A stretch of 64,000 nucleotides of DNA from Candidatus Woesebacteria bacterium (GCA_018060955.1 JAGOVC010000001.1:5558-69557), one strand, 5' to 3'; shown: positions 1 through 10,299, numbered from the stretch's first letter. Notes: generated by a model not told the origin, from the sequence alone. Numbers and translations are program-made.

Positions 1-1053
1 CTGCTTCTGTTAGCACTGTTTTATGGTGGGGCACTGTACACCAAAACTCCAGCGTTATTTGCAATTCCGAGTTTGGCATTGGCCCCTCTGCTTGCTTGGG
101 CAGTAGAATCAGATTTGGAACAACGGCGATTTGGTTTCAAGAAGATTATCGAGAGTATGGTGTACGTAGGAATCGGCGGATTTTTAGGTGGATGCCTCTT
201 CTTCTTTTTGCGCATTTCTCCCTTGTTTGGAGCGCTGTTCTCGCGTAGTCAGGATTTTACTTTTACATTCTTTGAGTTGTTAAATGGCGAACTTGACTAT
301 GTGATTTTGGAAAGTCTTCCCAGAGTCATCGGTTGGATTGCAACATACCTAACTTTGCCAGTATTTGTTATTCCATTTGTAGGACTTTTCTACGGTAGGC
401 ATCGAAAAACAATTGGAGTACTATTGCTGCAGGCTACCCTATTTGCACTTCCGTTAGTCGGATTCGGCAGGGTGTTGTGGCCTCGATACTTTCTTCCTGT
501 TGTTTTGTTTTGGACTCTCGCTTCGGTATTGTCATTTGAAACAATTTTGACTCAAACTCGGACCCGACTTTTTGGGATCGTAATGATTGGACTAACGCTC
601 ATTAGTAGTGCACTATTTATCTATCCTTCGTTATCTAATCCCGCTCTCATCCCATTTGTTCCTTCCGACAGAACGCAATATCTGACCGAATGGTCCGCAG
701 GATATGGAAATTATGAAATTGCACAATTCATTCGTTGGCGACAATCACTGTTACCCACAAACTCTCCAACCAAAATTGTTGTTTTAACTGAAGGATCCTT
801 CGGAACCCTTCCAGATGGACTAACGATGTATTTTCAAGGTGTAAATGCGCTGCCAAGGATTGAAATTCAGGGCATCGGGGTGTCAGTTCCGGTTATCCCT
901 CAAGAATATCTTTCCAGAGCTAATCAAGATGAAGTGTATTATGCAGTAAACAGTCATCGACTAGGTTTAACTAATCAGGACAATCTAACCAAGCTATTTG
1001 AATACAAACGCCCATCACCAGGTCCAAGTTTACTGTTCTATCAGATTCATTAA
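1..1053 (+). CDS. C-terminal portion of a polytopic membrane protein (5' truncated by the window edge) with a hydrophilic C-terminal domain. Likely another GT-C-like or membrane glycosylation paralog.
   Basis: Frame +1 is open from nt 1 with no stop until 1051-1053. The translation has multiple hydrophobic helices followed by a soluble C-terminal domain. The next gene starts 4 nt downstream. Confidence 0.6.
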   Translation: MLLLALFYGGALYTKTPALFAIPSLALAPLLAWAVESDLEQRRFGFKKIIESMVYVGIGGFLGGCLFFFLRISPLFGALFSRSQDFTFTFFELLNGELDYVILESLPRVIGWIATYLTLPVFVIPFVGLFYGRHRKTIGVLLLQATLFALPLVGFGRVLWPRYFLPVVLFWTLASVLSFETILTQTRTRLFGIVMIGLTLISSALFIYPSLSNPALIPFVPSDRTQYLTEWSAGYGNYEIAQFIRWRQSLLPTNSPTKIVVLTEGSFGTLPDGLTMYFQGVNALPRIEIQGIGVSVPVIPQEYLSRANQDEVYYAVNSHRLGLTNQDNLTKLFEYKRPSPGPSLLFYQIH

Positions 1054-1056
1054 CGT

Positions 1057-2745
1057 ATGCAGAAGTCTAATCTTTTTAAGTTGTTTGATAAATGGCTTGT
1101 TCTGCTGGTCGGAGTGTTGTGCGTATTCTTGACAAGTTTTGCACTTTTCCGGTCGGAGTTCTTTCGACCGCATGATTACACCCATGCAGCGCGGATCGTC
1201 GAGATGCAGCGAAGTATTCAAGCAGGAGAATTTCCAGTCCGCTGGTCAGAAAACTTTGGCTTCGGTTACGGAATGCCACTGTTTAACTTTTATGCGCCTT
1301 TTCCCTATTACTTGGCGCAAATTCCCAATGGAATATTTGGGGTCATCATTGCAATAAAATTCTTGTATCTGTTCAACGCAATCGTTGCCTTTATTGGAAT
1401 GTATCTTCTTGCAAGAGAATATTGGGGGAAATACGGCGCAATCCTAAGCGCGATTATTTTTTCTTTTTCAACTTACAGAGCACTCGATTTGTATGTCCGT
1501 GGTGCAGTGGGAGAAGTTTTTGCGATGGTAGCAATTCCGTTTGCATTGGTAGGAGTTGTGTATCTTGAGAAACAAAAGAAAGGTGGATTCTTTTGGCTTT
1601 CGATGAGTATTGCAATTACATTAACCTCGCATAACTTACTTGGACTATTGTTGGTTCCACTTGTAATCATTTTTGCAGGTACACTCGCAGCCATCTCCAC
1701 TAAAACACGAGAAGAGAAATTGCGGTACTTGAGGTCCGTTGGACTCTCGCTACTGATGGGAATTGGGTTGTGTGCGTTCTATGTTATCCCTGCGTATGCT
1801 GAAAAAGGATTTACTCGCGTTGAACAAACAATTACCACTGGGGATTTTGATTTTCATAATCATTTTGTAGCTCTTCGACAATTACTTTCAGGTACATGGG
1901 GCTATGGTGGCTCCATTCCAGGATTGGAAGATGGATTAAGCTTTGCACTTGGAACAGTTGCCCTGTTACTTGCTGCATCTGCAATCATGATGATTTGGCT
2001 TAAGGGAAGTGCTTTTTCAAAACGATTGTCTATTGTGTTGTTTTTCTTCTTTGCGCTATTTACATGGTTAACGACATCAAAAAGCCTTTGGATCTGGGAA
2101 CACGTATCAACTCTGCGCTTTCTCCAATTCCCTTGGAGACTATTAGCTTTTTCCCACGTGTTTCTGGCTTTATTGGGTGGCGGTTTGGTAGTCGGTGTGC
2201 ACAAACGGGTAGTCAGCGTGGTGATACTGAGTGCCGTGTTGATTTTCGGAGTAACGCAAGCAAAGCTGTTCGTCCCAGAAAAGTATTTACGAGACTACTC
2301 CATGTATTATCGTACGGACGAATCATTTATTCGTGAGACCTTAAGTTTAACGTTAAATGACTATTTGCCTCCTGAAGTTGTGGGGACAAACTATCCAGCC
2401 CCGCTAGAGAATAGGTTAGAGTTGATCTCAGGAGAAGGTACTATCAAGATTATTCAGGAAAAACCCGCTTCGCTCCTTTCGGAGGTTTTCTGCAACACTG
2501 GATGCAAGCTTCAAATAAATGTATTTTCATTTCCTGGATGGAGAGCGTACCTGAATGGAGTATCATTACCATTACTCCCTGATACGGCAACTGCCACCTA
2601 CAACGTAGAGATTCCAAAAGGGGAACATGAACTGTTGGTTCGACTCGAACGAACACCATTACGTGGATTATCAGAATTACTTTCTCTAGTAGCATGGGTT
2701 ATTTTCATCATTGGAGTAGTGCAGTTAAAAAGAATTAAAAAGTAG
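1057..2745 (+). CDS. Polytopic membrane protein of the PTPS-related/COG5617-like family; putative GT-C-type glycosyltransferase.
   Basis: 562 aa with many TM segments. The N-terminal motif HDYTHAARIVEMQRSIQAGEFPVRWSENFGFGYGMPLFNFYAPFPYY looks like the membrane 6-pyruvoyl-tetrahydropterin-synthase-related domain, recalled from memory. Confidence 0.7.
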   Translation: MQKSNLFKLFDKWLVLLVGVLCVFLTSFALFRSEFFRPHDYTHAARIVEMQRSIQAGEFPVRWSENFGFGYGMPLFNFYAPFPYYLAQIPNGIFGVIIAIKFLYLFNAIVAFIGMYLLAREYWGKYGAILSAIIFSFSTYRALDLYVRGAVGEVFAMVAIPFALVGVVYLEKQKKGGFFWLSMSIAITLTSHNLLGLLLVPLVIIFAGTLAAISTKTREEKLRYLRSVGLSLLMGIGLCAFYVIPAYAEKGFTRVEQTITTGDFDFHNHFVALRQLLSGTWGYGGSIPGLEDGLSFALGTVALLLAASAIMMIWLKGSAFSKRLSIVLFFFFALFTWLTTSKSLWIWEHVSTLRFLQFPWRLLAFSHVFLALLGGGLVVGVHKRVVSVVILSAVLIFGVTQAKLFVPEKYLRDYSMYYRTDESFIRETLSLTLNDYLPPEVVGTNYPAPLENRLELISGEGTIKIIQEKPASLLSEVFCNTGCKLQINVFSFPGWRAYLNGVSLPLLPDTATATYNVEIPKGEHELLVRLERTPLRGLSELLSLVAWVIFIIGVVQLKRIKK

Positions 2746-2749
2746 CAGT

Positions 2750-4252
2750 ATGAACTTTGCAAAAATAACACCTACGGATGAAAAGACCCCGTCGCTGACG
2801 ATCGATGAGGACGTGTTACAAGTTGAAGATATTAAAAAAAGATCAATGAATGGGGCGATTTCGTATGTACTACGCTCTCTCTTTCTTCAAGGGATAGGTG
2901 TCCTCTCATATTTTTTATTGTCCGCATTGTTGTCTACAGGAGATTTTGGAATATACGGAATTGTTGTTTCAATCAGTAGCTTCTTTACGATTATCTCTGA
3001 TATTGGATTAGCTGCCTCGTTAATTCAAAAGAAAGAAGCTCCAACGATTCGTGACCTACGAACTGTTTTCACAGTTCAACAAATCCTTGCTTGGGTGGTT
3101 TGTCTGTTAATCATCGCAACTGCCTGGTCACTTCATCTAAGTGGAAGATTGGAACTACCGGCAGTATTTCTTGCTGGAGCATTTGCGTTATCCTTTCCCA
3201 TCGTTTCTCTAAAAACTATTTCCTCAATTCTTCTTGAACGTCAGCTAGAATTTGGAAAGTTGGCGATGCCTGCGGTTGTAGAAGCAATCGTCTTTAATGG
3301 GATTGTGCTGTTTTTTGCCTGGCGAGGAATGGGGATCACCAGTTATTCAATAGCCGTACTCGCACGAGCAATCGTTGGCGTCATCATTATGCTTTCCATC
3401 AAACGCTGGCCAGTCGGTTTTGCGTTTTCAAAACCTGCCTTTTCTGACCTAATGAAAGTAGGGATCAAATTTCAAGCGAATGATGTCATCGCAAAAATTA
3501 AAGATGAGTTATTCACTGTGATCACAGTGTTTTTGCTATCAAAATCTGAATTAGGGTACATTACCTGGGCGAATCAGGCTTCTAGACTACCGTATCGCTT
3601 TGGAGTTGATAGTGTCATGGCGATTACATTCCCAACCTTTGCACGACTTCAACACGATGCCCACTTGCTGAAACGAGCTATTGAGAAGACTCTGTTTTTT
3701 GTAAGTTTAGCTGTTTTCCCACTTCTGGCAGGTTTTGCAGTCATGTTTATTCCATTAACATCCTTGATTCCAAAGTATGCTCAATGGCAACCTGCATTAC
3801 TCACCCTCGGTTTCATGTGTGTGAGTATCGCCTTTTCATCGATCTCCACGCCGCTCATCAATACCCTCAATGCCATTGGTAAAATCAACACCTCTCTGCG
3901 ATTCATGTTGATTTGGACGCTGCTGCAGTGGACACTTACACCCTTAGCAATTTGGCGATTCGGCTTTAATGGTGTCGCCATTGCTAGTGTGATCATTTCT
4001 TTTACGGTAATCTTTGTCGTGCGCGCATTGCAGCGTGAGGTGCAATTTGCATTTGTTGAGCAAATCTGGAGGCAATTAGTGGCCTCTTTGTGTATGGCAG
4101 TGTTTTTATTTCAGTTCATTCCACTCTGGAGTCAGTCGTTCCTGCTATTCTGTGCAGGTGTCTTATCAGGAGGTCTACTTTTCATTGGCTTGCTGGCACT
4201 ATTAGGATTTGAGAAGATACGAGGAGAGTTGCTCTCACTAGTTCGAAGATAA
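2750..4252 (+). CDS. wzx: Wzx-type polysaccharide/oligosaccharide flippase (MOP superfamily, PST family).
   Basis: 500 aa with about 12-14 TM segments. The N-terminus (RSLFLQGIGVLSYFLLSALL...DFGIYGIVVSISSFFTIISDIGLAASLIQKKE) is typical of O-antigen or teichoic-acid flippases. Confidence 0.8.
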   Translation: MNFAKITPTDEKTPSLTIDEDVLQVEDIKKRSMNGAISYVLRSLFLQGIGVLSYFLLSALLSTGDFGIYGIVVSISSFFTIISDIGLAASLIQKKEAPTIRDLRTVFTVQQILAWVVCLLIIATAWSLHLSGRLELPAVFLAGAFALSFPIVSLKTISSILLERQLEFGKLAMPAVVEAIVFNGIVLFFAWRGMGITSYSIAVLARAIVGVIIMLSIKRWPVGFAFSKPAFSDLMKVGIKFQANDVIAKIKDELFTVITVFLLSKSELGYITWANQASRLPYRFGVDSVMAITFPTFARLQHDAHLLKRAIEKTLFFVSLAVFPLLAGFAVMFIPLTSLIPKYAQWQPALLTLGFMCVSIAFSSISTPLINTLNAIGKINTSLRFMLIWTLLQWTLTPLAIWRFGFNGVAIASVIISFTVIFVVRALQREVQFAFVEQIWRQLVASLCMAVFLFQFIPLWSQSFLLFCAGVLSGGLLFIGLLALLGFEKIRGELLSLVRR

Positions 4253-4258
4253 AAATCT

Positions 4259-5182
4259 ATGCCAACCATTACCGCAGTTATCCATACAAAGAATTCACAA
4301 CGCACTCTAGAAGCATGTCTAGCTTCAGTCAACTGGTGTACTGAAGTCTTTGTAATTGATATGGAGAGTACAGATGACACTGTGCAGATTGCAACAAAGC
4401 ATAAGGCAAAAGTGTTTCATGTTAAAGGTAGTCATCGTTTTGCTGATCCTGTTCGCGATGAATTCTTAAAAAAGGTTAAAACCGATTGGACGTTGATTGT
4501 AGATAGCGACGAAGAGGTTCCAGTGACATTAGCCACAAAAATTCAAGAGGTGATGAAATTAGATGAGTTTGATGGCCACAATTTACCTCGGAAAAATCTT
4601 ATTTTTGGACGCTGGATAGAACACACTGGTTTTTGGCCAGATTATATTTTACGTCTGTTTAAGACAGGCAAAGGGAGTTATCCTCCCTACATCCATGCGC
4701 AGCCGAAAGTTGAAGGTGCAATCCATAACCTTGAAGCTAATGAAGACTATGCTCTGGTTCATCACCACTACGAATCCATCGAAGAATTTTTGTTGCGGCT
4801 AAATGTGTACACCTCTTTGGAGGCACAAAAGTATCACTCGTTAGTTCAGGCAAAAGAAGTAGAGCCAGTACAAAAATTTGATTTCATTCAAAGCTTCTTT
4901 GATCAGTTCTTTACACGATTTTTTGCTCAGCAGGGATACAAGGATGGCAAGTTTGGTTTAGTCCTGTCGCTATTGATGGCAGTATATTCAATGGTAGTCC
5001 AAATGAAAATTTGGGAAGGCGTAAAAGAAAAAGATTCTGCTCTGACACTATCTGACGTTGAACTGTCCGTAAACCAAGCATGCACAAACACAACGTATTG
5101 GGTTGCAAATGAAGAGATGACCCAGGAAACAAATCTGTTAAAGAAAATGCAATTAAAGCTTCGAAGAAAGTTATCAAGTTGA
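4259..5182 (+). CDS. Family 2 glycosyltransferase; paralog set A with a C-terminal KGYKDG-type motif.
   Basis: The N-terminus ITAVIHTKNSQRTLEACLASV...VFVIDMESTDDT has GT2 Rossmann and DxD-like features. The C-terminal YKDGKFGLVLSLLMAVY amphipathic/TM segment is shared with the genes at 6185 and 14869. Confidence 0.8.
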   Translation: MPTITAVIHTKNSQRTLEACLASVNWCTEVFVIDMESTDDTVQIATKHKAKVFHVKGSHRFADPVRDEFLKKVKTDWTLIVDSDEEVPVTLATKIQEVMKLDEFDGHNLPRKNLIFGRWIEHTGFWPDYILRLFKTGKGSYPPYIHAQPKVEGAIHNLEANEDYALVHHHYESIEEFLLRLNVYTSLEAQKYHSLVQAKEVEPVQKFDFIQSFFDQFFTRFFAQQGYKDGKFGLVLSLLMAVYSMVVQMKIWEGVKEKDSALTLSDVELSVNQACTNTTYWVANEEMTQETNLLKKMQLKLRRKLSS

Positions 5183-5183
5183 T

Positions 5184-6239
5184 ATGGCAACAGTTGCAAT
5201 CATCCTTATAAACTATAATTCCACACGCCTAACTAAAAAGTGTGTAAAGTCATTATTTTCTACAAAAGAAGATCAAGACACTTATCATGTCGTCATCTGG
5301 GACAATGCATCAAAGCAAGCTCCCACACCGGAAGATTTTCCTGATTGTAAGCTAGTGCTGTCGCCCACAAACGACGGCTTTGCAAAAGGAAATAATCTTG
5401 CAGTGAAAACCGCATTGAAGACGCAAAATCCTGATTACCTATTGATCCTGAATAATGATACTCGAGTTACTAAAGGGATGATTCGACAACTTATCACAAC
5501 CTACCAATCTGCTAGTGACATCGGTATCGTTTTGCCCAAGATTTATTTTGAAAAAGGTTATGAGTTTCATCAAAAGGATTATGACCACAGCAAGTTGGGG
5601 AAAATATTATGGTTTGCTGGTGGAGGTATCGATTGGCGCAACGCAATTTTATTTCACAAAGGTGCTGATGAGGTCGATCGAGGACAATTTGATCTTGATA
5701 CGAGCTCTCATGTCTTGCAACAACACAAAGATAGTTTGGGACAAAAAATTGAGCGGTTACTGTTCGAAGACACAGTGCTTCCTGAACCTATTGGGGGACA
5801 AGCAACCAAAGCTACGTCTTACGATTCCCATTTTGCCACCGGATGTTGCTTTCTTATTACCCCAGCATTATGGAAAAAACTTCAGGGATTTGATGAAAAG
5901 TATTTTATGTATTATGAAGATGCAGATTTTTCACTTCGCCTCAAAAAGTTACGAAAGAGAATTGTTTTCGAGCCTCAATCATCGCTCTATCATCTGAACG
6001 CGGGGTCTTCTGGAGGGAGTGGTTCCACACTGCATCTGTACTATCAGACAAGAAATCGATTGCGCTTTGGTTTAAAGTATGCTTCCCTTAAAACTAAGCT
6101 GTTGCTTCTTCTAGAAGCACGTAGACAGTTCAGTCAGGGGACAGAAGCAGTGAAGCTTGGTATACTCCATGCATTGGAGGGTCGATGGGGCAATCAAACA
6201 AAATACATTCCACAACACAGACACTTTCAGCAATCATAA
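5184..6239 (+). CDS. Family 2 glycosyltransferase, rhamnosyltransferase-like (WbbL-type); paralog set B.
   Basis: VAIILINYNS...VIWDNASKQ, LILNNDTRV and the YFMYYEDADFSLRL motif. The start is 2 nt after the upstream stop. Confidence 0.8.
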   Translation: MATVAIILINYNSTRLTKKCVKSLFSTKEDQDTYHVVIWDNASKQAPTPEDFPDCKLVLSPTNDGFAKGNNLAVKTALKTQNPDYLLILNNDTRVTKGMIRQLITTYQSASDIGIVLPKIYFEKGYEFHQKDYDHSKLGKILWFAGGGIDWRNAILFHKGADEVDRGQFDLDTSSHVLQQHKDSLGQKIERLLFEDTVLPEPIGGQATKATSYDSHFATGCCFLITPALWKKLQGFDEKYFMYYEDADFSLRLKKLRKRIVFEPQSSLYHLNAGSSGGSGSTLHLYYQTRNRLRFGLKYASLKTKLLLLLEARRQFSQGTEAVKLGILHALEGRWGNQTKYIPQHRHFQQS

Positions 6240-7027
6240 TCACCAAAAATGAAGAAACCATGATTGCAAACTGTGTGGCAGCGCTGCGCTTTTGTGACGA
6301 AGTCATCGTTGTTGATTCTGGATCTACCGATAGCACGATGGAACTTGCAAAGCGTGAGGGTGCAAGTATTGTGCAGGTTACAGACGGGACATTTAAGGAT
6401 TGGCGCAATAAAGGATTGGCAGAAGCATCGAGTGACTGGATTTTGTATATCGATGCCGATGAGCGTGTGACGCCCAAACTGGCAGGAGAAATTCAGGAAT
6501 CGATTCAATTTACTTCAATGGCAGCCTTTCAGCTGAAGAGAAACAATATCCATTTTGGTAAATGGATGGAATACGGTGGCTGGGAAACTGACGTGATTGT
6601 CCGTCTGTTTAAAAAAGATCATCTCCAGGGTTGGAGCGGTGATGTTCATGAGTCAGCAACTGTAGATGGAGTAACTGGACAGTTGAAAGAACCACTTGTA
6701 CACCTTAGTCATCGCAGTATCCGGGATGGATTACTAAAATCACACGCCTGGATTGATTTGGAAGCAAAGCTTTTCATTGAAGCCAAGGCAAAGCCAGTCA
6801 CAGCCTGGACCCTCGTTCGTAAGTTTGGGATGGAATTTATTCGTCGGCTAATTCTTAAAAAGGGGTACAAAGATGGCATGGAAGGCTGGATTGAAAGTTT
6901 TCAGCAAGCCGTGAACCGCTTCTTTGTGTATGCCCGTGTCTGGGAGCTTCAACAGAAGCCATCTCTGGATGAGAAATATTCACGGATCGAAAAAGAGATT
7001 TTCAAACTCTGGGAAAAGCAGTCATAG
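6185..7027 (+). CDS. Family 2 glycosyltransferase; paralog set A.
   Basis: LSAIIITKNEE...VIVVDSGSTDST...KKGYKDGMEGWIESF. The ORF-track start overlaps the upstream gene by 55 nt, so the true start may be an alternative codon further in. Confidence 0.75.
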   Translation: MGQSNKIHSTTQTLSAIIITKNEETMIANCVAALRFCDEVIVVDSGSTDSTMELAKREGASIVQVTDGTFKDWRNKGLAEASSDWILYIDADERVTPKLAGEIQESIQFTSMAAFQLKRNNIHFGKWMEYGGWETDVIVRLFKKDHLQGWSGDVHESATVDGVTGQLKEPLVHLSHRSIRDGLLKSHAWIDLEAKLFIEAKAKPVTAWTLVRKFGMEFIRRLILKKGYKDGMEGWIESFQQAVNRFFVYARVWELQQKPSLDEKYSRIEKEIFKLWEKQS

Positions 7028-7041
7028 CTTGGTGTTATCCT

Positions 7042-8136
7042 ATGAAAACTGTAGGTCTTTATTCACCCTATATTCCAAAGCACGCTGGTGGTGGAGAGCG
7101 CTATTTGTTGAGTATTGCCGAAGTATGCAGTCAGTATCACTCAACATATCTTCTTGTACCGGCAGATCTTGTAGTGGAAACACAACGAGCCCTACCTCGA
7201 TACTCAAAAATGTTTGGGTTGGATTTATCTGCAGTCAAAGTGAAGGCAAGCCTCATTGGAATTTCTAAATCTCCCATCACCACAGTAAAAGAAACGCAGG
7301 CCTTCCATTACCTTTTTGCCATGACAGACGGTAGTATCTTCCCCACACTTTGTCGTAATTCCTATCTAATCATGCAAGTTCCATGGAAGCGTCCATTAAA
7401 GGTCACGGAACGCGCAAAATTAATCTCGTGGAAAAAAATACTCGTGTATTCGGACTTCGTTGCAAAAGTGCTATCTCAAAGTTGGCATGTACGGAAGCTG
7501 GAAGTTCTTGCCCCCTACGTGGATCATAAAGATTTTGTTGCTGGGAAGAAAGAAAAGCTTATTGTGACAACCGGTCGCTTTTTTGCCCATTCTCAAAGTA
7601 ACAGTAAGCATCAAGATGTGCTGATCCAAGCATTTATAAAATGGATCGATCAAGATCATCCGAAGGGCTGGCATTTTGCAGTCGTGGGTAATGTTGATCC
7701 AAACCCTGATAGTCATGACTACGTCTCGAAATTAAAAGAGCTTTCAAGAGGGTATCCAATTAGTTTGCATCTCAATGTTTCTTTTGATGAACTACGCGCC
7801 TTTTATGCTCGAGCGCAGTTTTATTGGCATGCTGCAGGATTTAACGTTGACGAAAAGAAGCATCCTGAGAACACGGAGCACTTTGGGATCACTACTGTTG
7901 AAGCAATGGCCAGCGGGGCAATACCGATCGTAGTTCCCAAAGGAGGTCAAGTCGAAGTCGTTGGAGATCCGCAGCTGTACTGGAACTCTCCTCAAGAATT
8001 AGTGGATGCAATGCGAAAGCTAGTAAAGCAGTCGTCTGCACAACGCGACGATTTGCTAGAGAAGTTGCTACTACAATCTAAACGGTATTCAAAAGAGAAC
8101 TTTGAGCGATCCCTAAAAAAGTTACTGAATCTATGA
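7042..8136 (+). CDS. GT4-family (GT-B fold) glycosyltransferase.
   Basis: C-terminal EHFGITTVEAMASGAIPIV nucleotide-sugar-binding motif. It is a paralog of the gene at 61074. Confidence 0.8.
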   Translation: MKTVGLYSPYIPKHAGGGERYLLSIAEVCSQYHSTYLLVPADLVVETQRALPRYSKMFGLDLSAVKVKASLIGISKSPITTVKETQAFHYLFAMTDGSIFPTLCRNSYLIMQVPWKRPLKVTERAKLISWKKILVYSDFVAKVLSQSWHVRKLEVLAPYVDHKDFVAGKKEKLIVTTGRFFAHSQSNSKHQDVLIQAFIKWIDQDHPKGWHFAVVGNVDPNPDSHDYVSKLKELSRGYPISLHLNVSFDELRAFYARAQFYWHAAGFNVDEKKHPENTEHFGITTVEAMASGAIPIVVPKGGQVEVVGDPQLYWNSPQELVDAMRKLVKQSSAQRDDLLEKLLLQSKRYSKENFERSLKKLLNL

Positions 8137-9059
8137 CACACGTTTCCGTTATTATCCCTAGTTACAACGGTAGGCAACTTCTGGAAAAAAATCTGCCTGC
8201 GGTGATAGATGCTATTCAAGAGAATGATGAAATTGTCATTGTTGATGATGCAAGTTCAGACGACACGCTCGCATGGATGCAACAACAGTTTTCAGTGGTC
8301 TCTCAAGAAAGTAGTGTTAAGGAAACCTTGCTGTACACTAGCAAATTTAAAAACAGGTTGATAAAAGTGTTGATCAATCAATCTAATCAGCGTTTTGCCA
8401 TTTCTTGCAATCGAGGGGTGTCTATTGCTAACTATCCCATTCTTCTTTTGCTAAATAATGACGTCGTCCCAGAATCAGACTTTCTACGCCCTCTTCTGGA
8501 GCATTTTAAATCTCCAGAAGTCTTTGCTGTGGGTTGTAAAGAGATAGCGACTGCGGAAGGAAATAAAGCCTATGGACGGGCAGGGGGCAGCTTCCAGAGA
8601 GGCTTCCTAGTTCATTTTAGAGAACCAAACCAAGATGAACGCACCACACTTTGGGCAGCAGGTGGGAGTGCCGTATTTCGAAAATCAATGTGGGATGAGT
8701 TACACGGCTTTGATCCTGACTACCGACCAGCATACTGGGAAGATATTGATTTATCTTGGAGAGCAATCCAGCAAGGTTGGAAGATACTCTTTGAACCACT
8801 CTCAGTGGTGCATCACAATCATGAGTCCACAAATGCTTCAGTCTTTGGAAAACAACAGATGGAGGTAATGGCATATAAAAATTCCATTTTGTTTATGTGG
8901 AAAAATGCACGTGGACTTGATTTGGTCTCCCATCTGCTGTGGTTACCGTATCACATCATTTTTACTTCACTGCGATCGCACGGTCGCTTTCTACAAGGAT
9001 TGTGGATGGCCTGTAAAACCGTGTTTGGTCATCGCTTAACCAACACGAGTAGGGTATAA
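8133..9059 (+). CDS. Family 2 glycosyltransferase, rhamnosyltransferase-like; paralog set B.
   Basis: VSVIIPSYNG...IVIVDDASSDDT, LLLNNDVVP and AYWEDIDLSWR. The start has an ATGA overlap with the upstream stop. Confidence 0.8.
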   Translation: MTHVSVIIPSYNGRQLLEKNLPAVIDAIQENDEIVIVDDASSDDTLAWMQQQFSVVSQESSVKETLLYTSKFKNRLIKVLINQSNQRFAISCNRGVSIANYPILLLLNNDVVPESDFLRPLLEHFKSPEVFAVGCKEIATAEGNKAYGRAGGSFQRGFLVHFREPNQDERTTLWAAGGSAVFRKSMWDELHGFDPDYRPAYWEDIDLSWRAIQQGWKILFEPLSVVHHNHESTNASVFGKQQMEVMAYKNSILFMWKNARGLDLVSHLLWLPYHIIFTSLRSHGRFLQGLWMACKTVFGHRLTNTSRV

Positions 9060-9076
9060 GAAGGATCAAGGTTACT

Positions 9077-9544
9077 ATGCTCAAGCAAGATCCTACTATT
9101 CCCTTTACAAAGGAAGCCCATGAACAACTTGTCAAAGAGTTACATCGGTTAACGATCGAGCTCGAGGCGGTAAAAGAGCGTGTTCGAGTCGCTCGTGAAA
9201 TGGGAGACCTGTCGGAGAATGGGGCCTATCACTATGGGAAGTTCGAGTTGGGATCCATTTCTCGACAACTGCGTCAGATTCAGTATCAGTTAAAACATGG
9301 ATACATCTTATCTACGACCATGAGTGACAAGGTCAGAGTGGGAAATGTCGTCACGATCTCACAAGCTGGGGTGACCGTTGACTATCGAATCGTGAGTGCC
9401 TACGAAGCTGATCCTCGAAAAGGAAAAATTTCTCAGGAGAGTCCGATTGGCCAGGCGCTGTTGGGCAAGAAAGTAGGCGACACGATTACGATCATGCTTC
9501 CTGCTGGAGAAAAAACCTACAGTGTTGAAAAAATCACCGTGTAG
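9077..9544 (+). CDS. greA: Transcription elongation factor GreA.
   Basis: 155 aa. The N-terminal coiled-coil region (PFTKEAHEQLVKELHRLT...REMGDLSENGAYHYGK) and the C-terminal FKBP-like domain (PIGQALLGKKVGDTITI) are typical of GreA. Confidence 0.85.
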   Translation: MLKQDPTIPFTKEAHEQLVKELHRLTIELEAVKERVRVAREMGDLSENGAYHYGKFELGSISRQLRQIQYQLKHGYILSTTMSDKVRVGNVVTISQAGVTVDYRIVSAYEADPRKGKISQESPIGQALLGKKVGDTITIMLPAGEKTYSVEKITV

Positions 9545-9593
9545 TTTTCCTCAAGTCAGTTCATTGCGTTTCTCAAAATAACCCATGAGGGTC

Positions 9594-10196
9594 TTACAGA
9601 GCTAACCGTTTTTCAACTTCTGCCCAATTAATGACGTTAAAGAATGCCTTGATATACTCTGGTCGGCGATTTTGATACTTTAGATAATACGCGTGTTCCC
9701 AGACATCAATTCCCAATATAGGTGTACTTCCTTCCATATACGGCGAATCCTGATTTGCATAGGACTTAATAGCGAGTGTTCCGGAGGATGTTTTCACAAC
9801 CCATGCCCAGCCCGAGCCAAAATGGTTCGTCGCCGCAGTGGTGAACGTTTCAATGAAGTTTTCCCAACTGGTAAATGCTTCTGCAAATGCAGACTGTACT
9901 GCTTCACTAGGTTGACTACTTTCTGGTGATAACAGTTGCCAGAAGATGGAGTGGTTACTATGTCCACCTCCATGGTTTTTCACTGCGGTAGCAATGGACT
10001 CGGGTACTTGAGAAATGTTTTTTAATAACTCTTCTACAGTGTCAAATTGTACCGTTGGCTCCGATGCGAGGGCAGCGTTTAGCTTATCTACATAGGTTTG
10101 GTGATGCTTTGAATGGTGAATCTGCATCGTTTGCGCATCAATATGCGGTTCGAGTGACTCGATTGCATAGGGAAGTGGGGGTAGAGTAACAGTCAT
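9594..10196 (-). CDS. sodA: Fe/Mn-family superoxide dismutase with Mn-type signatures.
   Basis: PPLPYAIESLEPHIDAQTMQIHHSKHH, HGGGHSNHSIFW, FGSGWAWVV, ANQDSP and DVWEHAYYL. The GGGHxNH and NQD motifs favour the Mn type. A strong GGAGG sits 5 nt upstream of the ATG at 10196, so the ORF-track start at 10208 is probably an over-extension. Confidence 0.85.
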   Translation of the reverse strand: MTVTLPPLPYAIESLEPHIDAQTMQIHHSKHHQTYVDKLNAALASEPTVQFDTVEELLKNISQVPESIATAVKNHGGGHSNHSIFWQLLSPESSQPSEAVQSAFAEAFTSWENFIETFTTAATNHFGSGWAWVVKTSSGTLAIKSYANQDSPYMEGSTPILGIDVWEHAYYLKYQNRRPEYIKAFFNVINWAEVEKRLAL

Positions 10197-10201
10197 AGTG
10201 G

Positions 10202-10206
10202 CCTCC
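10202..10206 (-). promoter_or_regulatory. Shine-Dalgarno GGAGG for sodA.
   Basis: The minus strand reads AGTTGGAGGCCACTATG. Confidence 0.55.
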
Positions 10207-10284
10207 AACTAGTTCAGGTGAACCAATAGTCACGTTTTTAGCTGGAAATGTCAAGTGCAGGGAACGCAAGAAAGGTGTAAATGT

Positions 10285-10299
10285 CCCGCCAGTAGCGGG
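10285..10299. promoter_or_regulatory. Short GC stem-loop (CCCGC-N5-GCGGG) in the divergent sodA / GT39 intergenic region.
   Basis: Inverted repeat cccgccagtagcggg, flanked by duplicated ATGTCAA motifs at about 10246 and 10303. A TATACT -10-like hexamer lies at 10312-10317, just upstream of the GTG start at 10329. Confidence 0.3.

Noticed and set aside
5515-5997. A 160-aa alternative-frame ORF inside the GT2 gene at 5184-6239.
   Set aside because: It lies entirely within a well-supported GT2 reading frame and has no recognisable motifs. It is a typical shadow ORF.
6185-6239. A 55-nt overlap between two GT2 genes, considered as a possible frameshift or pseudogene.
   Set aside because: Both reading frames are intact and full length with complete GT2 motifs. 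The overlap most likely reflects an over-called start.
9545-9593. A possible intrinsic terminator between the convergent greA and sodA genes.
   Set aside because: I could not find a convincing GC-rich hairpin followed by a T-tract in the 49-bp gap, so I did not call it.
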